From Eledone cirrhosa (Eukaryota): 64,000 bases of DNA. Where the stretch lies: positions 16,244,001 to 16,308,000 of the forward strand of contig OZ024763.1 of NCBI GenBank assembly GCA_964016885.1, read 5' to 3'. Position numbers and translations under genes: made by a program. Each line of letters opens with the position of its first letter. Positions within the stretch are counted from its first letter, which is position 1. Below the pieces are notes generated by a model. It saw only the letters and a program-made list of their open reading frames with translations. It was not told the DNA's origin and searched no databases. Of this stretch, positions 1-14,761 are shown piece after piece.

Positions 1-2444
1 TAGAGTAATGTATATATAGAGTAATGTATATATAGAGTAATGTATATATAGAGTAATGTATATATAGAGAGTAATGTATATATAGGGTAATGTATATATA
101 GAGTAATGTATATATAGAGTAATGTATATATAGAGTTATGTATATATAGAGAGTAATGTATATATAGGGTAATGTATATATAGAGTAATGTATATATAGA
201 GTAATGTATATATAGAGTAATGTATATATAGAGTAATGTATATATAGAGTAATGTATATATAGAGAGTAATGTATATATAGGGTAATGTATATATATAGA
301 GTAATGTATATATAGAGTAATGTATATATAGAGTAATGTATATATAGAGAGTAATGTATATATAGGGTAATGTGTATATATAGTAATGTATATATAGATT
401 AATGTATATATAGAGTAATGTATATATAGAGTAATGTATATATAGAGAAATGTATATATATAGAGTAATGTATATATAGAGTAATGTATATATAGAGTAA
501 TGTATATATAGAGTAATGTATATATAGAGTAATGTATATATAGAGTAATGTATGTATAGATTAATGTATATATAGAGTAGTGTATATATAGAGTAATGTA
601 TATATATAGAGTAATGTATATATAGAGTAATGTATATATAGAGTAATGTATATATAGAGTAATGTATATATAGAGTAATGTATATATAGAGTAATGTATA
701 TATAGAGTAATGTATATATAGAGAGTAATGTATATATAGGGTAATGTATATATATAGAGTAATGTATATATAGAGTATTGTATATATAGAGTAATGTATA
801 TATAGAGTAATGTATATATAGAGTAATGTATATATATAGTAATGTATATATAGATTAATGTATATAATGAGTAATGTATATATAGAGAGTAATGTATATA
901 TAGAGTAATGTATATATATAGAGTAATGTATATATATAGAGTAATGTATATATAAAGTAATGTATATATAGAGTAATGTATATATATAGAGTAATGTATA
1001 TATAGAGTAATGTATATATAGAGTAATGTATATATAGAGTAATGTATATCATGAGTAATGTATATATAGAGAGTAATGTATATATAGAGTAATGTTTATA
1101 TAGAGTAATGTATATATAGAGTAATGTATATATATATATATATATAGAGTAATTTATATAATGAGTAATGTATATATAGAGAGTAATGTATATATAGAGT
1201 AATGTATATATATAGAGTAATGTATATATATAGAGTAATGTATATATAGAGTAATGTATATATAGAGTAATGTATATATAGAGTAATGTATATATAGAGA
1301 GTAATGTATATATAGGGTAATGTATATATAGAGTAATGTATATATAGAGTAATGTATATATAGAGTTATGTATATATAGAGAGTAATGTATATATAGGGT
1401 AATGTATATATAGAGTAATGTATATATAGAGTAATGTATATATAGAGTAATGTATATATAGAGTAATGTATATATAGAGTAATGTATATATAGAGAGTAA
1501 TGTATATATAGGGTAATGTATATATATAGAGTAATGTATATATAGAGTAATGTATATATAGAGTAATGTATATATAGAGAGTAATGTATATATAGGGTAA
1601 TGTGTATATATAGTAATGTATATATAGATTAATGTATATATAGAGTAATGTATATATAGAGTAATGTATATATAGAGAAATGTATATATATAGAGTAATG
1701 TATATATAGAGTAATGTATATATAGAGTAATGTATATATAGAGTAATGTATATATAGAGTAATGTATATATAGAGTAATGTATGTATAGATTAATGTATA
1801 TATAGAGTAGTGTATATATAGAGTAATGTATATATATAGAGTAATGTATATATAGAGTAATGTATATATAGAGTAATGTATATATAGAGTAATGTATATA
1901 TAGAGTAATGTATATATAGAGTAATGTATATATAGAGTAATGTATATATAGAGAGTAATGTATATATAGGGTAATGTATATATATAGAGTAATGTATATA
2001 TAGAGTATTGTATATATAGAGTAATGTATATATAGAGTAATGTATATATAGAGTAATGTATATATATAGTAATGTATATATAGATTAATGTATATATAGA
2101 GTAATGTATATATAGAGTAATGTATATATAGAGAAATGTATATATATAGAGTAATGTATATATAGAGTAATGTATATATAGAGTAATGTATATATAGAGT
2201 AATGTATATATAGAGTAATGTATATATAGAGTAATGTATATATAGAGAGTAATGCATATATAGGGTAATGTATATATATAGAGTAATGTATATATAGAGT
2301 AATACAATAGTATATATAGAGTAATGTATATATAGAGTAATACAATAGTATATATAGAACAATGTATATATATATATATATAGAGTAATGTATATATATA
2401 TAGAGTAATGTATATATAGAGTAATACAAACGCTAAATGGTTAA
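1..2444 (-). repeat. ~16-20 bp minisatellite (TAGAGTAATGTATATA)n, expanded from the subterminal region of piggyBac-like MITE family A; ends in the MITE terminus
   Basis: The unit is the reverse complement of MITE-A sequence CATTACTCTATATATAC. The array ends in GTAATACAAACGCTAAATGGTTAA (2421-2444), similar to the MITE-A end GTAAATGCTAAAGGGTTAA. Confidence 0.85.
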
Positions 2445-2700
2445 AACGACAACACCCATCCTAGCACTTTATTACAGAAATATCAATACCTAATTGTACT
2501 CTGAGAGCCCCCGCAAACCCTCTTCGCACATATATAGGTACCCAAGACAAACATAGGCCCCTTACAATGCATAATAAATACTAACCACCCACTCCACCTA
2601 TTCCACTATAAATACATGAAATATAATCACCACTACTAACTCCATAGTACCCCAAAATGTGGATATTTTAACTAAATCAAATCTATACGCCTAACGGTAA

Positions 2701-4550
2701 TTGAATCCTTTAGCATTTACATTACTCTATATTTACTATTGTATTTTCACAGTAAAGGCTTTATCTCACATAATATCTCACATAACATTTACATTACTCT
2801 ATATTTACTATTGTATTTTCACAGTAAAGGCTTTACCTCACATAATATCTCACATAACATTTACATTACTCTATATTTACTATTGTATTTTCACAGTAAA
2901 GGCTTTACCTCACATAATATCTCACATAACATTTACATTACTCTATATTTACAATTGTATTTTCACAGTAAAGGCTTCATCTCACATAATATCTCACATA
3001 ACATTTACATTACTCTATATATACTATTGTATTTTCACAGTAAAGGCTTCATCTCACATAATATCTCACATAACATTTACATTACTCTATATATACTATT
3101 ATATTTTCACAGTAAAGGCTTCATCTCACATAATATCTCACATAACATTTACATTACTCTATATTTACTATTGTATTTTCACAGTAAAGGCTTCATCTCA
3201 CATAATATCTCACATAACATTTACATTACTCTATATTTACAATTGTATTTTCACAGTAAAGGCTTCATCTCACATAATATCTCACATAACATTTACATTA
3301 CTCTATATATACTATTGTATTTTCACAGTAAAGGCTTCATCTCACATAATATCTCACATAACATTTACATTACTCTATATTTACTATTGTATTTTCACAG
3401 TAAAGGCTTCATCTCACATAATATCTCACATAACATTTACATTACTCTATATATACTATTGTATTTTCACAGTAAAGGCTTCATCTCACATAATATCTCA
3501 CATAACATTTACATTACTCTATATATACTATTGTATTTTCACAGTAAAGGCTTCATCTCACATAATATCTCACATAACATTTACATTACTCTATATTTAC
3601 TATTGTATTTTCACAGTAAAGGCTTCATCTCACATAATATCTCACATAACATTTACATTACTCTATATTTACAATTGTATTTTCACAGTAAAGGCTTCAT
3701 CTCACATAATATCTCACATAACATTTACATTACTCTATATTTACAATTGTATTTTCACAGTAAAGGCTTCATCTCACATAATATCTCACATAACATTTAC
3801 ATTACTCTATATTTACTATTGTATTTTCACAGTAAAGGCTTTATCTCACATAATATCTCACATAACATTTACATTACTCTATATTTACTATTGTATTTTC
3901 ACAGTAAAGGCTTTATCTCACATAATATCTCACATAACATTTACATTACTCTATATTTACTATTGTATTTTCACAGTAAAGGCTTCATCTCACATAATAT
4001 CTCACATAACATTTACATTACTCTATATTTACTATTGTATTTTCACAGTAAAGGCTTTATCTCACATAATATCTCACATAACATTTACATTACTCTATAT
4101 TTACTATTGTATTTTCACAGTAAAGGCTTTATCTCACATAACATTTATATTACTCTATATTTACTATTGTATTTTCACAGTAAAGGCTTCATCTCACATA
4201 ATATCTCACATAACATTTACATTACTCTATATTTACTATTGTATTTTCACAGTAAAGGCTTTACCTCACATAAATATCTCACATAACATTTACATTACTC
4301 TATATATACTATTGTATTTTCACAGTAAAGGCTTTATCTCACATAATATCTCACATAACATTTACATTACTCTATATTTACTATTGTATTTTCACAGTAA
4401 AGGCTTTATCTCACATCATTATACCACATAATATAAAAGCTATGAGATATTGAGAACAATACCTTAACATCAGTATGAGTGGCAGGTTTGAACAGAAAGA
4501 GGTGAGAGAATTCTGGCTGAATATGTCTGGTTTAAATGCTAAAGGGTTAA
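2701..4550 (+). mobile_element. piggyBac-like MITE family A containing an internal 60-bp tandem array (~28 copies, ~2715-4415)
   Basis: Left end TTGAATCCTTTAGCATTT (degenerate), right end AAATGCTAAAGGGTTAA. Body matches the unexpanded 200-220 bp copies at 53334, 54245 and 55120. Confidence 0.85.
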
Positions 4551-4707
4551 GGTAATTTAAGTGAAGTGCCAGCTTAGTTACTAGTAAATAAACTTAAATC
4601 AAACAATCCACTAGATTTTACATTAATAGCACCCGGTTGGTTGTTCCCAGTTTTGTCAGATATCTAACAAATAAGTCATCACTTCATTGACAGATATATT
4701 TAAACTG

Positions 4708-4791
4708 TCAATTGGTGAATTTGGACAATTCTTTGATTAGGTCTGACGCCAATTCTATAGACCTGTTGTCTGAAGGTGCTGATAAATATGC
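4708..4791 (-). CDS. Candidate terminal coding exon of an unidentified minus-strand gene (AYLSAPSDNRSIELASDLIKELSKFTN*)
   Basis: Unique non-repetitive sequence; acceptor-like GTCTGCCCCCAG|GCA; phase-0 84-nt frame ending in TGA; protein-like composition. No homolog recognised. Confidence 0.3.
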   Translation of the reverse strand, partial: AYLSAPSDNRSIELASDLIKELSKFTN

Positions 4792-4892
4792 CTGGGGGCA
4801 GACATACACACTCCCTTGCCCTAATATAAATATAACTCCACCCCTCTCTATGATTATTATATCTCAAGTTGAACAGGCGCAAATACATGTCA

Positions 4893-6170
4893 TTAACCCT
4901 TTCATTACCATATTTCTAATGAAAGACACTGTTTATGTCTTTAACCCTTTCATTACCATATTTCTAATGAAAGACACTATTTATGTCTTTAACCCTTTCA
5001 TTACCATATTTCTAATGAAAGACACTGTCTATGTCTTTAACCCTTTCATTTCCATATTTCTAATGAAAGACACTGTCTATATCTTTAACCCTTTCATTAC
5101 CGTATTTCTAATGAAAGATACTGTCTATGTCTTTAACCCTTTCATTACCATATTTCTAATGAAAGACACTGTCTATGTCTTTAACCCTTTCATTACCGTA
5201 TTTCTAAGGAAAGATACTGTCTATGTCTTTAACCCTTTCATTACTGTATTTCTAATGAAAGACACTGTCTATGTCTTTAACCCTTTCATTATCGTATTTC
5301 TAATGAAAGACACTGTCTATGTCTTTAACCCTTTCATTTCCATATTTCTAATGAAAGACACTGTCTATGTCATTAACCCTTTCATTACCATATTTCTAAT
5401 GAAAGACACTGTCTATATCTTTAACCCTTTCATTACCATATTTCCAATGAAAGACACTGTTTATGTCTTTAACCCTTTCATTACCATATTTCTAATGAAA
5501 GACACTGTCTATGTCATTAACCCTTTCATTACCATATTTCTAATGAAGGACACTGTTTATGTCATTAACCCTTTCATTACCATATTTCTAATGAACGACA
5601 CTGTCTATGTCATTAACCCTTTCATTACCATATTTCTAATGAAAGACACTGTTTATGTCATTAACCCTTTCATTACCATATTTCTAATGAACGACACATT
5701 AACAGAATTAATTAATGAAGAATTTGGAATGATTTACTAGAAGTATTAATTATGTCATTAGGAAAATATTTGTAACTTAATTTGTGGAAATGCGTGGCCT
5801 AGGGGTAAGGGGGTTGGACTTACAACCATAATGTCGTGGGATCGATTCCTGGGCTGAGTTGCATTTTGTGTTCTTGAGCAAAACACTTCATTTCACATTA
5901 CTCCAGTATACTCAGCTGAAAATGAGTACCAGTAATAGCTCAGGATTTAACCCTGTGATGGACTGGGATCCTGTCCAGGAGGTAGTCTTGTACTTTGAGT
6001 CACTTCACACCTTGAAACTGGGATAAGCACCAAGCTAACAAGCTTCCTGGATTAAGACAGACTTTTACTTTAACTTAACTGAAGGGTTTAACTTAAATAG
6101 GAACCCTTTAAAATGCTTTGTTTCATAGAACAAGGGTCAATTTTGGCTAGGTAGGTATAAAAAGGGTTAA
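4893..6170 (+). mobile_element. Second TTAA-bounded piggyBac-like MITE (family B) with a 48-bp tandem array (~17 copies, ~4886-5697) and a nested SINE
   Basis: Starts TTAACCCTTTCATTACC and ends GGTATAAAAGGGTTAA. The unit TTAACCCTTTCATTACCATATTTCTAATGAAAGACACTGTCTATGTCT includes the left terminus. Confidence 0.65.
5787..6070 (+). mobile_element. Diverged tRNA-derived SINE related to SINE family A
   Basis: tRNA-like head (TGGCCTAGGGGTAAGG...GGATCGATTCC), core TTCTTGAGCAAAACACTT, CTTTTA tail. Confidence 0.75.
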
Positions 6171-6348
6171 ATGGATGTTAAACTGTCATTTCACTTTACT
6201 ATTGAATATATGTGTGTGTCTGTGTATATATATTAATGTGTATGTATATCTGTGTATATATATTAATGTGTATGTATATCTGTGTATATATATGTATGTG
6301 TGCATATGCATTGGCGTGTATCTCTGTTTGTCTATATTTGTGTGTGTG

Positions 6349-6439
<91 letters not shown>

Positions 6440-6619
6440 AACTAATAAAAATACAACTAAATGCTATAACAACAACAACAACCACAAAATATTGATATAG
6501 TAACATGTAATATAAACAGGAGAAAAATCATCTTGAACGAAAACTGAAAAAATTACCTGGTTGCTTGTTGACAGAATTACAGGTGTAGTGAGATTGAGGT
6601 AAGGAGTGAGAAGTGGTGA

Positions 6620-6757
6620 GTGAAGGTGTGAGAGGGAGAGAGTGAGAGAGTGAGAGTGAGAGGGGGGGGGATGAGGGAAGTGAGAAGAGAGAGAGAAAGA
6701 GAGAGAGAAAGGGACAAGAGAGGAAGAGAGAGAGAGAGTGAGATGGTGGAAGTGGGA

Positions 6758-6789
<32 letters not shown>

Positions 6790-6808
6790 TGAGATGGTGG
6801 AAGTGGGA

Positions 6809-6840
<32 letters not shown>

Positions 6841-6884
6841 GGGCAAGAGAGGAAGAGAGAGAGAGTGAGATGGTGGAAGTGGGA

Positions 6885-6920
<36 letters not shown>

Positions 6921-6966
6921 GGGCAAGAGAGGAAGAGAGAGAGAGAGTGAGATGGTGGAAGTGGGA

Positions 6967-6997
<31 letters not shown>

Positions 6998-7046
6998 AAG
7001 GGGCAAGAGAGGAAGAGAGAGAGAGAGTGAGATGGTGGAAGTGGGA

Positions 7047-7079
<33 letters not shown>

Positions 7080-7130
7080 AAGGGGCAAGAGAGGAAGAGA
7101 GAGAGAGAGAGTGAGATGGTGGAAGTGGGA

Positions 7131-7164
<34 letters not shown>

Positions 7165-7210
7165 GGGCAAGAGAGGAAGAGAGAGAGAGAGTGAGATGGT
7201 GGAAGTGGGA

Positions 7211-7243
<33 letters not shown>

Positions 7244-7309
7244 AAGAGAGAGAAAGAGAGAGAGAGTGAGATGGTGGAAGTGGGAAGAGAGAGAGAGAGG
7301 GGGGAGAGG

Positions 7310-7342
<33 letters not shown>

Positions 7343-7575
7343 TAGGCTGTAGAAAGCGAGAGAGAAAGAGAGACAAAGAAAGAGAAAGAGATAGATAGAG
7401 AAAAGGGGATGGAAAGAAAGAGAGAGAAAGCGAGAGAAGAGGGTTGAAAGAGAGAGAAAGAGAGAGAAGAGGGTAGAAAGAGAGAGAAAGAGAAGGAGAT
7501 AGAGAGAGAGAGAGAGAGACAGAGAAAGAGAGAGAAGAGGGTAGAAAGAGAGAGAAAGAGAAGGAGATAGAGAGA

Positions 7576-7606
<31 letters not shown>

Positions 7607-7610
7607 TGAA
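6620..7610. repeat. GA-rich microsatellite with a ~60-bp higher unit (GAGATGGTGGAAGTGGGAA...)
   Basis: Repeated GTGAGATGGTGGAAGTGGGAAGAGAG and AAAGGGGCAAGAGAGGAAG blocks. Confidence 0.9.
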
Positions 7611-7726
7611 AGATTTAATTTGTTGAGATATATGAAAGGTGAGAGGTGTCAGCCATTCCTGTTTAGACATGTGAAACCAACCAGTGGTACAAATGAGAAA
7701 GCAGGTGGAATGGTGCCTCACTTGTC

Positions 7727-9258
<1,532 letters not shown>

Positions 9259-9534
9259 CTTCATGTGTGAACATTTCTGGTCAAAGACACTGGGAGTGAG
9301 CTAAACTCCAATTTTTTATCTTTATTTCTTCTATTTTTATATTTTTTACTTGGTCCATTTTTTTTTGTCTTGTCACTTCATTCTCTCCACACCATTGCAG
9401 TCAGTGTAGATAGTCCAGCCAGACCGGTTTCATTGTCTACTAGCCACATCTATCTATATACGATAAAGATCATCTGATGTAGTTAGTGGGTTTTATATGA
9501 ATATAACATGTTATGTAGTCATTGCTGTGTTTGA

Positions 9535-11530
9535 GGCACCCAGTCCACTCTGTAAAGTAGTCGTGCTGGTGTTTTATACCAAAAAACACACCCAGTCCGT
9601 TCTGTAAGGTTGTTGTGACAAAAAGCACCCATTACACTCTGTAAAGTGGTCGTGCTGGTGCCACATCAAAAACACACCCAGTCCATTCTGTAAGGTTGTT
9701 GTGACAAAAAGCACCCAGTCCACTCTGTAAAGTGGTCGTGCTGGTGCCACATCAAAAACACACCCAGTCCATTCTGTAAGGTTGTTGTGACAAAAAACGC
9801 CCAGTCCACTCTGTAAAGTGGTCGTACTGGTGCCACATCAAAAACACACCCAGTCCATTCTGTAAGGTTGTTGTGACAAAAAGCACCCAGTCCACTCTGT
9901 AAAGTGGTCGTGCTGGTGCCACATCAAAAACACACCCAGTCCATTCTGTAAGGTTGTTGTGACAAAAAACACCCAGTCCACTCTGTAAAGTGGTCGTGCT
10001 GGTGCCACATCAAAAACACACCCAGTCCATTCTGTAAGGTTGTTGTGACAAAAAACACCCAGTCCACTCTGTAAAGTGGTCGTGCTGGTGCCACATCAAA
10101 AACACACTCAGTCCATTCTGTAAGGTTGTTGTGACAAAAAACACCCAGTCCACTCTGTAAAGTGGTCGTGCTGGTGCCACATCAAAAAGCACCCAGTCCG
10201 CCCTGTAAGGTTGTTGTGACAAAAAGCACCCAGTCCACTCTGTAAAGCAGTAGTGCTGGTGTCACATCAAAAAGCACCCAGTCCACTCTGTAAAGCAGTA
10301 GTGCTGGTGTCACATCAAAAAGCACCCAGTCCACTCTGTAAAGCAGTAGTGCTGGTGCCAAATCAAACGATAAAGATCATCTGATGTAGTTAGTGGGTTT
10401 TATATGAATATAACATGTTATGTAGTCATTGCTGTGTTTGAAGCACCCAGTCCACTCTGTAAAGTAGTCGTGCTGGTGTTTTATACCAAAAAACACACCC
10501 AGTCCGTTCTGTAAGGTTGTTGTGACAAAAAGCACCCATTACACTCTGTAAAGTGGTCGTGCTGGTGCCACATCAAAAACACACCCAGTCCATTCTGTAA
10601 GATTGTTGTGACAAAAAGCACCCAGTCCACTCTGTAAAGCAGTAGTGCTGGTGTCACATCAAAAAGCACCCAGTCCACTCTGTAAAGCAGTAGTGCTGGT
10701 GCCACATCAAAAAGCACCCAGTCCACTCTGTAAAGCAGTAGTGCTGGTGCCACATCAAAAAAGCACCCAGTCCACTCTGTAAAGTGGTTGTGCTGGTTCC
10801 GCAACAAAGAACTCCCAGTCCACTCTGTGAGCTGATCGAATTGGGGCCCATACAGAAAAAAAAATACATCCAGTCAACTCTATAAGGTGATCATGATGGT
10901 GGTACAATAAAAAAAAAACACCCAGTATACTCTGTAAAGTGGTTATACTGGTGCCACATCAAAAAACACACTCAGTCCACTCTGTAAAGTGGTCGTAATG
11001 GTGTTATGACAAAGAGCACCCAGTCCACGCTATCAAGTGGTTGTATTGGTCCCACACCGAAAAAAAAACAAAAAAACACCCAGTCCACTCTGTAAAGTGG
11101 TTGTACTGGTGTCACATCAAAAAAACACCCAGTCCACTCTGTAAATCAGTTGTGCTGATGCCACAACAAAAACACACTCAGTCCATTCTGTGAAGTGGTC
11201 ATAATGGTGCTATGACAAAATACACCCAGTCCACTCTGTAAAGTGGTCGTGCTGGTGCCACATCAAAAACACACTCAGTCCATTCCGTAAGGTTGTTGTG
11301 ACAAAAAACACCCAGTACACTCTGTAAAGTGGCCTTGCTGGTGCCACATCAAAAACACACTCAGTCCATTCTGTAAGGTTGTGACAAAAAGCACCCAGTA
11401 CACTCTGTAAAGTGGTCGTGCTGGTGCCACATCAAAAACACACTCAGTCCATTCTGTAAGGTTGTTGTGACAAAAAACACCCAGTACACTCTGTAAAGTG
11501 GTCATGCTGCTGCCACAACAAAAACACACC
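9535..11530 (+). repeat. Tandem array of a ~40-43 bp unit (ACCCAGTCCACTCTGTAAAGTGGTCGTGCTGGTGCCACATCAAAA) derived from the RTE/SINE-A 3' region
   Basis: The same unit occurs 1-4 times inside SINE-A and RTE 3' ends. Flank plus array at 9460-9720 is duplicated at 10368-10620. Confidence 0.85.
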
Positions 11531-12047
11531 CATACAATGTGGCCTAACTTATCCCTGTGTGCCCCCATTCCACTAGCAGTTTCCTCACTCTTGTGCACTC
11601 CAACCATGCCTCCCCCACTAGCCCTCCCCAGCAGCTACCCTCACCTTAACTACATGCCCATCCTGCATTCACCCCTTAGCTACTGTCCTTCTCTCCACCT
11701 AAAACCTTAAGATACCCTCACTATTGCACTCTAGTAGCTACTCCCTGCCCCAAGCCCCATCCACAATCACTCCTCAGCTATTCTCTCCATCCATTTCCAG
11801 CACTGTAGAGAGAAAGAGAGAGAGTGTGTGTGAAACAGAGAGAGAGAGAGAGAGAGTGTGAATGAGAGAGAGAGTGAGAGTGTATGAAAGAGCGAGAGAG
11901 AGTGAGTGAGTGAGAGAGAGAGAGAGGATCTGCTCTGAAATCAATAGACGTGTCCGAGGAACCTGTGAGTCCAGAGTCAGGTCGATCCACACACACAGAT
12001 CGCACCTCGAGCTGTTCGCCGGGGAAACAATTGTAATACGCAATAAT

Positions 12048-12392
12048 GGGGGCACATGGCTTAGTGGTCAGAGCATTGGCCTTGCAATCGAAAGGTTGTG
12101 AGTTCAATTCTCGGACCGGGTGATGTGTTGTTTCCTTGAGCAAGACACTTTATTTCACATTGCTCCAGTTTACTCAGCTGTAGAAATGAGATGATAGGGA
12201 CTGGGGTCCCTATCATTCCACTGCAAAGTAGTCGTGTAGGTGCCACGGCAAAAAAGCACCCAGCACTCACTGTAAATGAGGTTGGTGTTAGGAAGGGCAT
12301 CCAGCTGTAGAAATCAAGCCAGCATCAGTTTCCGTCCCACCCTTGCAAGCAGGGAAAAAGCGGACGTAAAATTGAAATGAATGAATGAAATG
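12048..12392 (+). mobile_element. SINE family A (tRNA head, CCTTGAGCAAGACACTT core, RTE-derived 3' end)
   Basis: GGCACATGGCTTAGTGG A-box and GAGTTCAATTC B-box; near-identical copies throughout the window; (ATGA)n/(GAT)n tail. Confidence 0.9.
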
Positions 12393-12487
12393 AATTACAT
12401 AACTAAATAGCTCTGTAGCCTACATAGAGCACTCTCTTTTCCTTTACCTTTCCTATGGAAACACTTAATATATATATATATATGTAT

Positions 12488-12665
12488 ATATTTATTATAA
12501 GAACAGATTAAAGTTTAAGCAAAAAATTGCTGCTTTCACCCTTTCAGAAGATCCCGTTAAGGGTGAAAGCAGCGATTCTTTGCTTAAACTTTAATCTGTT
12601 CTTATAATAAATATTTGCTCTATGGGTTTTTATATACACAATTAGTCTTCAAATTTATTATTACT
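12488..12665 (+). mobile_element. Fold-back element in (TA)n (family P5), putative Penelope-like remnant
   Basis: Inverted arms ~12488-12543 and ~12559-12614, then a unique tail; related copy at 16012-16157. Confidence 0.6.
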
Positions 12666-12684
12666 ATATATATATATAACTCCA

Positions 12685-12805
12685 TGCTGAGTTCAAACCC
12701 CACCGAGGTCAACTTTGCCTTTCATCCTTACGGGGTCGATAAAATAAAGTACCAGTAATGCACTGGGTAATTGCTGGCCTTGTGCCAAAAATAGAAACAA
12801 TTATT
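12685..12805 (+). mobile_element. SINE family B, 5'-truncated
   Basis: CTGAGTTCAAA...AACTTTGCCTTTCATCCTTACGGGGTCGATAAAATAAAGTACC...GAAACAATTATT. Confidence 0.85.
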
Positions 12806-12825
12806 ACTATATATATATATATATA

Positions 12826-13012
12826 TGTAAAAGGTAAACAGAAATAACAACACAATCGGTACAGTATATGGAAGGAATATATTAGATTAATGCTTGAAAT
12901 AGCAGGAAGAGTGTCTTGATGTTTTGGACGCTAGTCCTTCATCAGAAGAAAGATTGAAGGGACGGGCTGGGCAGATTCTGAAAAAATGTTTTCAGAGAAA
13001 AATAACAGGTCC
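12826..13012 (-). mobile_element. (TA)n-embedded element with a degenerate minimal hammerhead (family P2)
   Basis: Minus strand reads TCTT-CTGATGA-A-GGAC-TAGC-GTCC-AAAA-CATC-AAGA; sister copy at 29485-29682. Confidence 0.65.
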
Positions 13013-13032
13013 ATATATATATATATATACAT

Positions 13033-13104
<72 letters not shown>

Positions 13105-13145
13105 GATTTTAAACAAATGGAAACTATATTTATAAAACCATATTT

Positions 13146-13209
13146 ATTTCATTATACATATTTCAGGGATACCATATTAAAAATATGGCATGCCTTCGTC
13201 AGATAAAAT
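13146..13209 (-). ncRNA. Type I minimal hammerhead ribozyme motif (family P1 element, ~13105-13737)
   Basis: ATTTTAT-CTGACGA-[AGGCATGCCATATT..AATATGGTATCCCT]-GAAA-TATGTA-TA-ATGAAAT; stems I and II pair, stem III is near-palindromic. Confidence 0.7.
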
Positions 13210-13734
13210 ACAATATATAAACAGTTTTATAAATAATTTTGACGTACCATAATATAAGCGACCATTAAATTAGGAGGCTGCCTTGGTAGTGAAGTGTTTA
13301 TAATTATTTAGTTATAGTGTTAAGCACAGTTAGAAAAAACGGAGAAAAAAAGAAGCTGAGGTAAAGAAAAACAGAGAGAGAGAGGGGAGAGAGAAAGAAG
13401 GAGGAGGTGAAAAAAAGCAACAGATAAATAATAATAATTCACCATACAAATAGAGAGATTCAAGAGAGAGGGTGTACTATATAGAGAGAGAGTACAGTAA
13501 TTATTTAGTTATAGTGTTAAGCACATTTAGAGAAAAGACAGAGAGAAAGAAAAAATGGAGATATATAGAAAACGGAGGGAGAGGGGGGAGGAAGAAAGAG
13601 AGAGAGGGAAAATATAACTAGATAGGGGGAAGTGTTTAATATCGTATATCTACTCCAAAAACTTGTCGAGTGCTTTATATCAGTTATAAAATATTTACTT
13701 GTTGTAACCCAACAATTTTAAATAAAACTTTTGC

Positions 13735-13766
<32 letters not shown>

Positions 13767-14024
13767 TTATATATGTAATATTTATCTTGGGAATTTTACC
13801 TGCCCTAGATAGTTATATAATATTAAGAATAATAATAGTAATAATAATGCTCTGTGAAATACATATAACAAATTGATACACAATAAATATCTTTATATGT
13901 AAATGAAACTTCCTCGTTTTCTTCTATTATAGACACTCTGCCTATGCATAGAGTGCTGGATTTGATATCAACACCAAATTCACTGAACCACATATCATCA
14001 CCATCGCCATCACCGTTTAACGTC

Positions 14025-14758
14025 TCTCTTCTCTGCTACCGAGGAGCTCTACCAGTTCGAGACAAGCTCTACAGACACGGGCGCCCGGGTAGGGACCCTT
14101 CGAAAAAGCTCTGTCCGAGATGCGTGCGCGACGAGGAAACCGCACGCATTTGTACACTGCCCGGGCGTTACCGACCTGTGGGGCTATGTAGAATGACTAT
14201 TGTCGCGGGTGGGACCAATCCAGTTGACCACCGAGTCCATTGTCATGATCAAACTGCCACCCTCCTTAAAAAGTGACGGAGAGGCGGTTTGCCTATGTGT
14301 TATGGCTATGGTGAAAGAGGTTATATGGTGGACGAGGTTAAAAGGGCTGAGGCCAGACACCTTTCTCTCCGGCCAACAACTGATTCGTTTTTTCAAATAT
14401 CATTTTGGAAGAAGAAACAGGATGGAGAGAGAGGTGCTGTACCCCAGCAAGTTTTATAAAAGGTGGGTGAAGGTGGCAAAGATGACCCGAGTGGTTGGGC
14501 CTTCTCTCTATATAAACCTGTAGGTTGAGGAAAAAGAGGAAGAGAGGAAGGGAATACTCACTCTTGGTGCTCCTGGAGATGAGGGTTGTACATTTTTTCG
14601 GGGTGTGTACAACCTCTGTGTAACACCTCCCCCTTTATTGCGGATTTCAATTGTTATTTGTTATTTTACTAATAGTTTTATTTTCATAGACCTGTATGTA
14701 AACTCCCCATTTGTATTTGTCCCCTTCTTTTGTGCCCTTGTGGCTAATAAAGAAATTT
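14025..14758 (+). mobile_element. 3' fragment of an L1/Tx1-clade LINE (zf-RVT-like C-terminus plus 3'UTR), frameshifted
   Basis: LPVRDKLYRHG...CPRC...ET and VIWWTRLKG...RWVKVAKM motifs; ends AATAAAGAAATTT; inserted into an RTE (GAT)n tail. Confidence 0.7.
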
Positions 14759-14761
14759 ATC

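Noticed and set aside
12048-12120. tRNA genes at SINE heads
   Set aside because: They are A/B-box heads fused to SINE bodies in many copies, without a full acceptor stem.
12061-12300. Recurring 'MPFLTPTSF...LEQCEIKCLAQG' ORF family
   Set aside because: Antisense translation of SINE-A copies, not a gene family.
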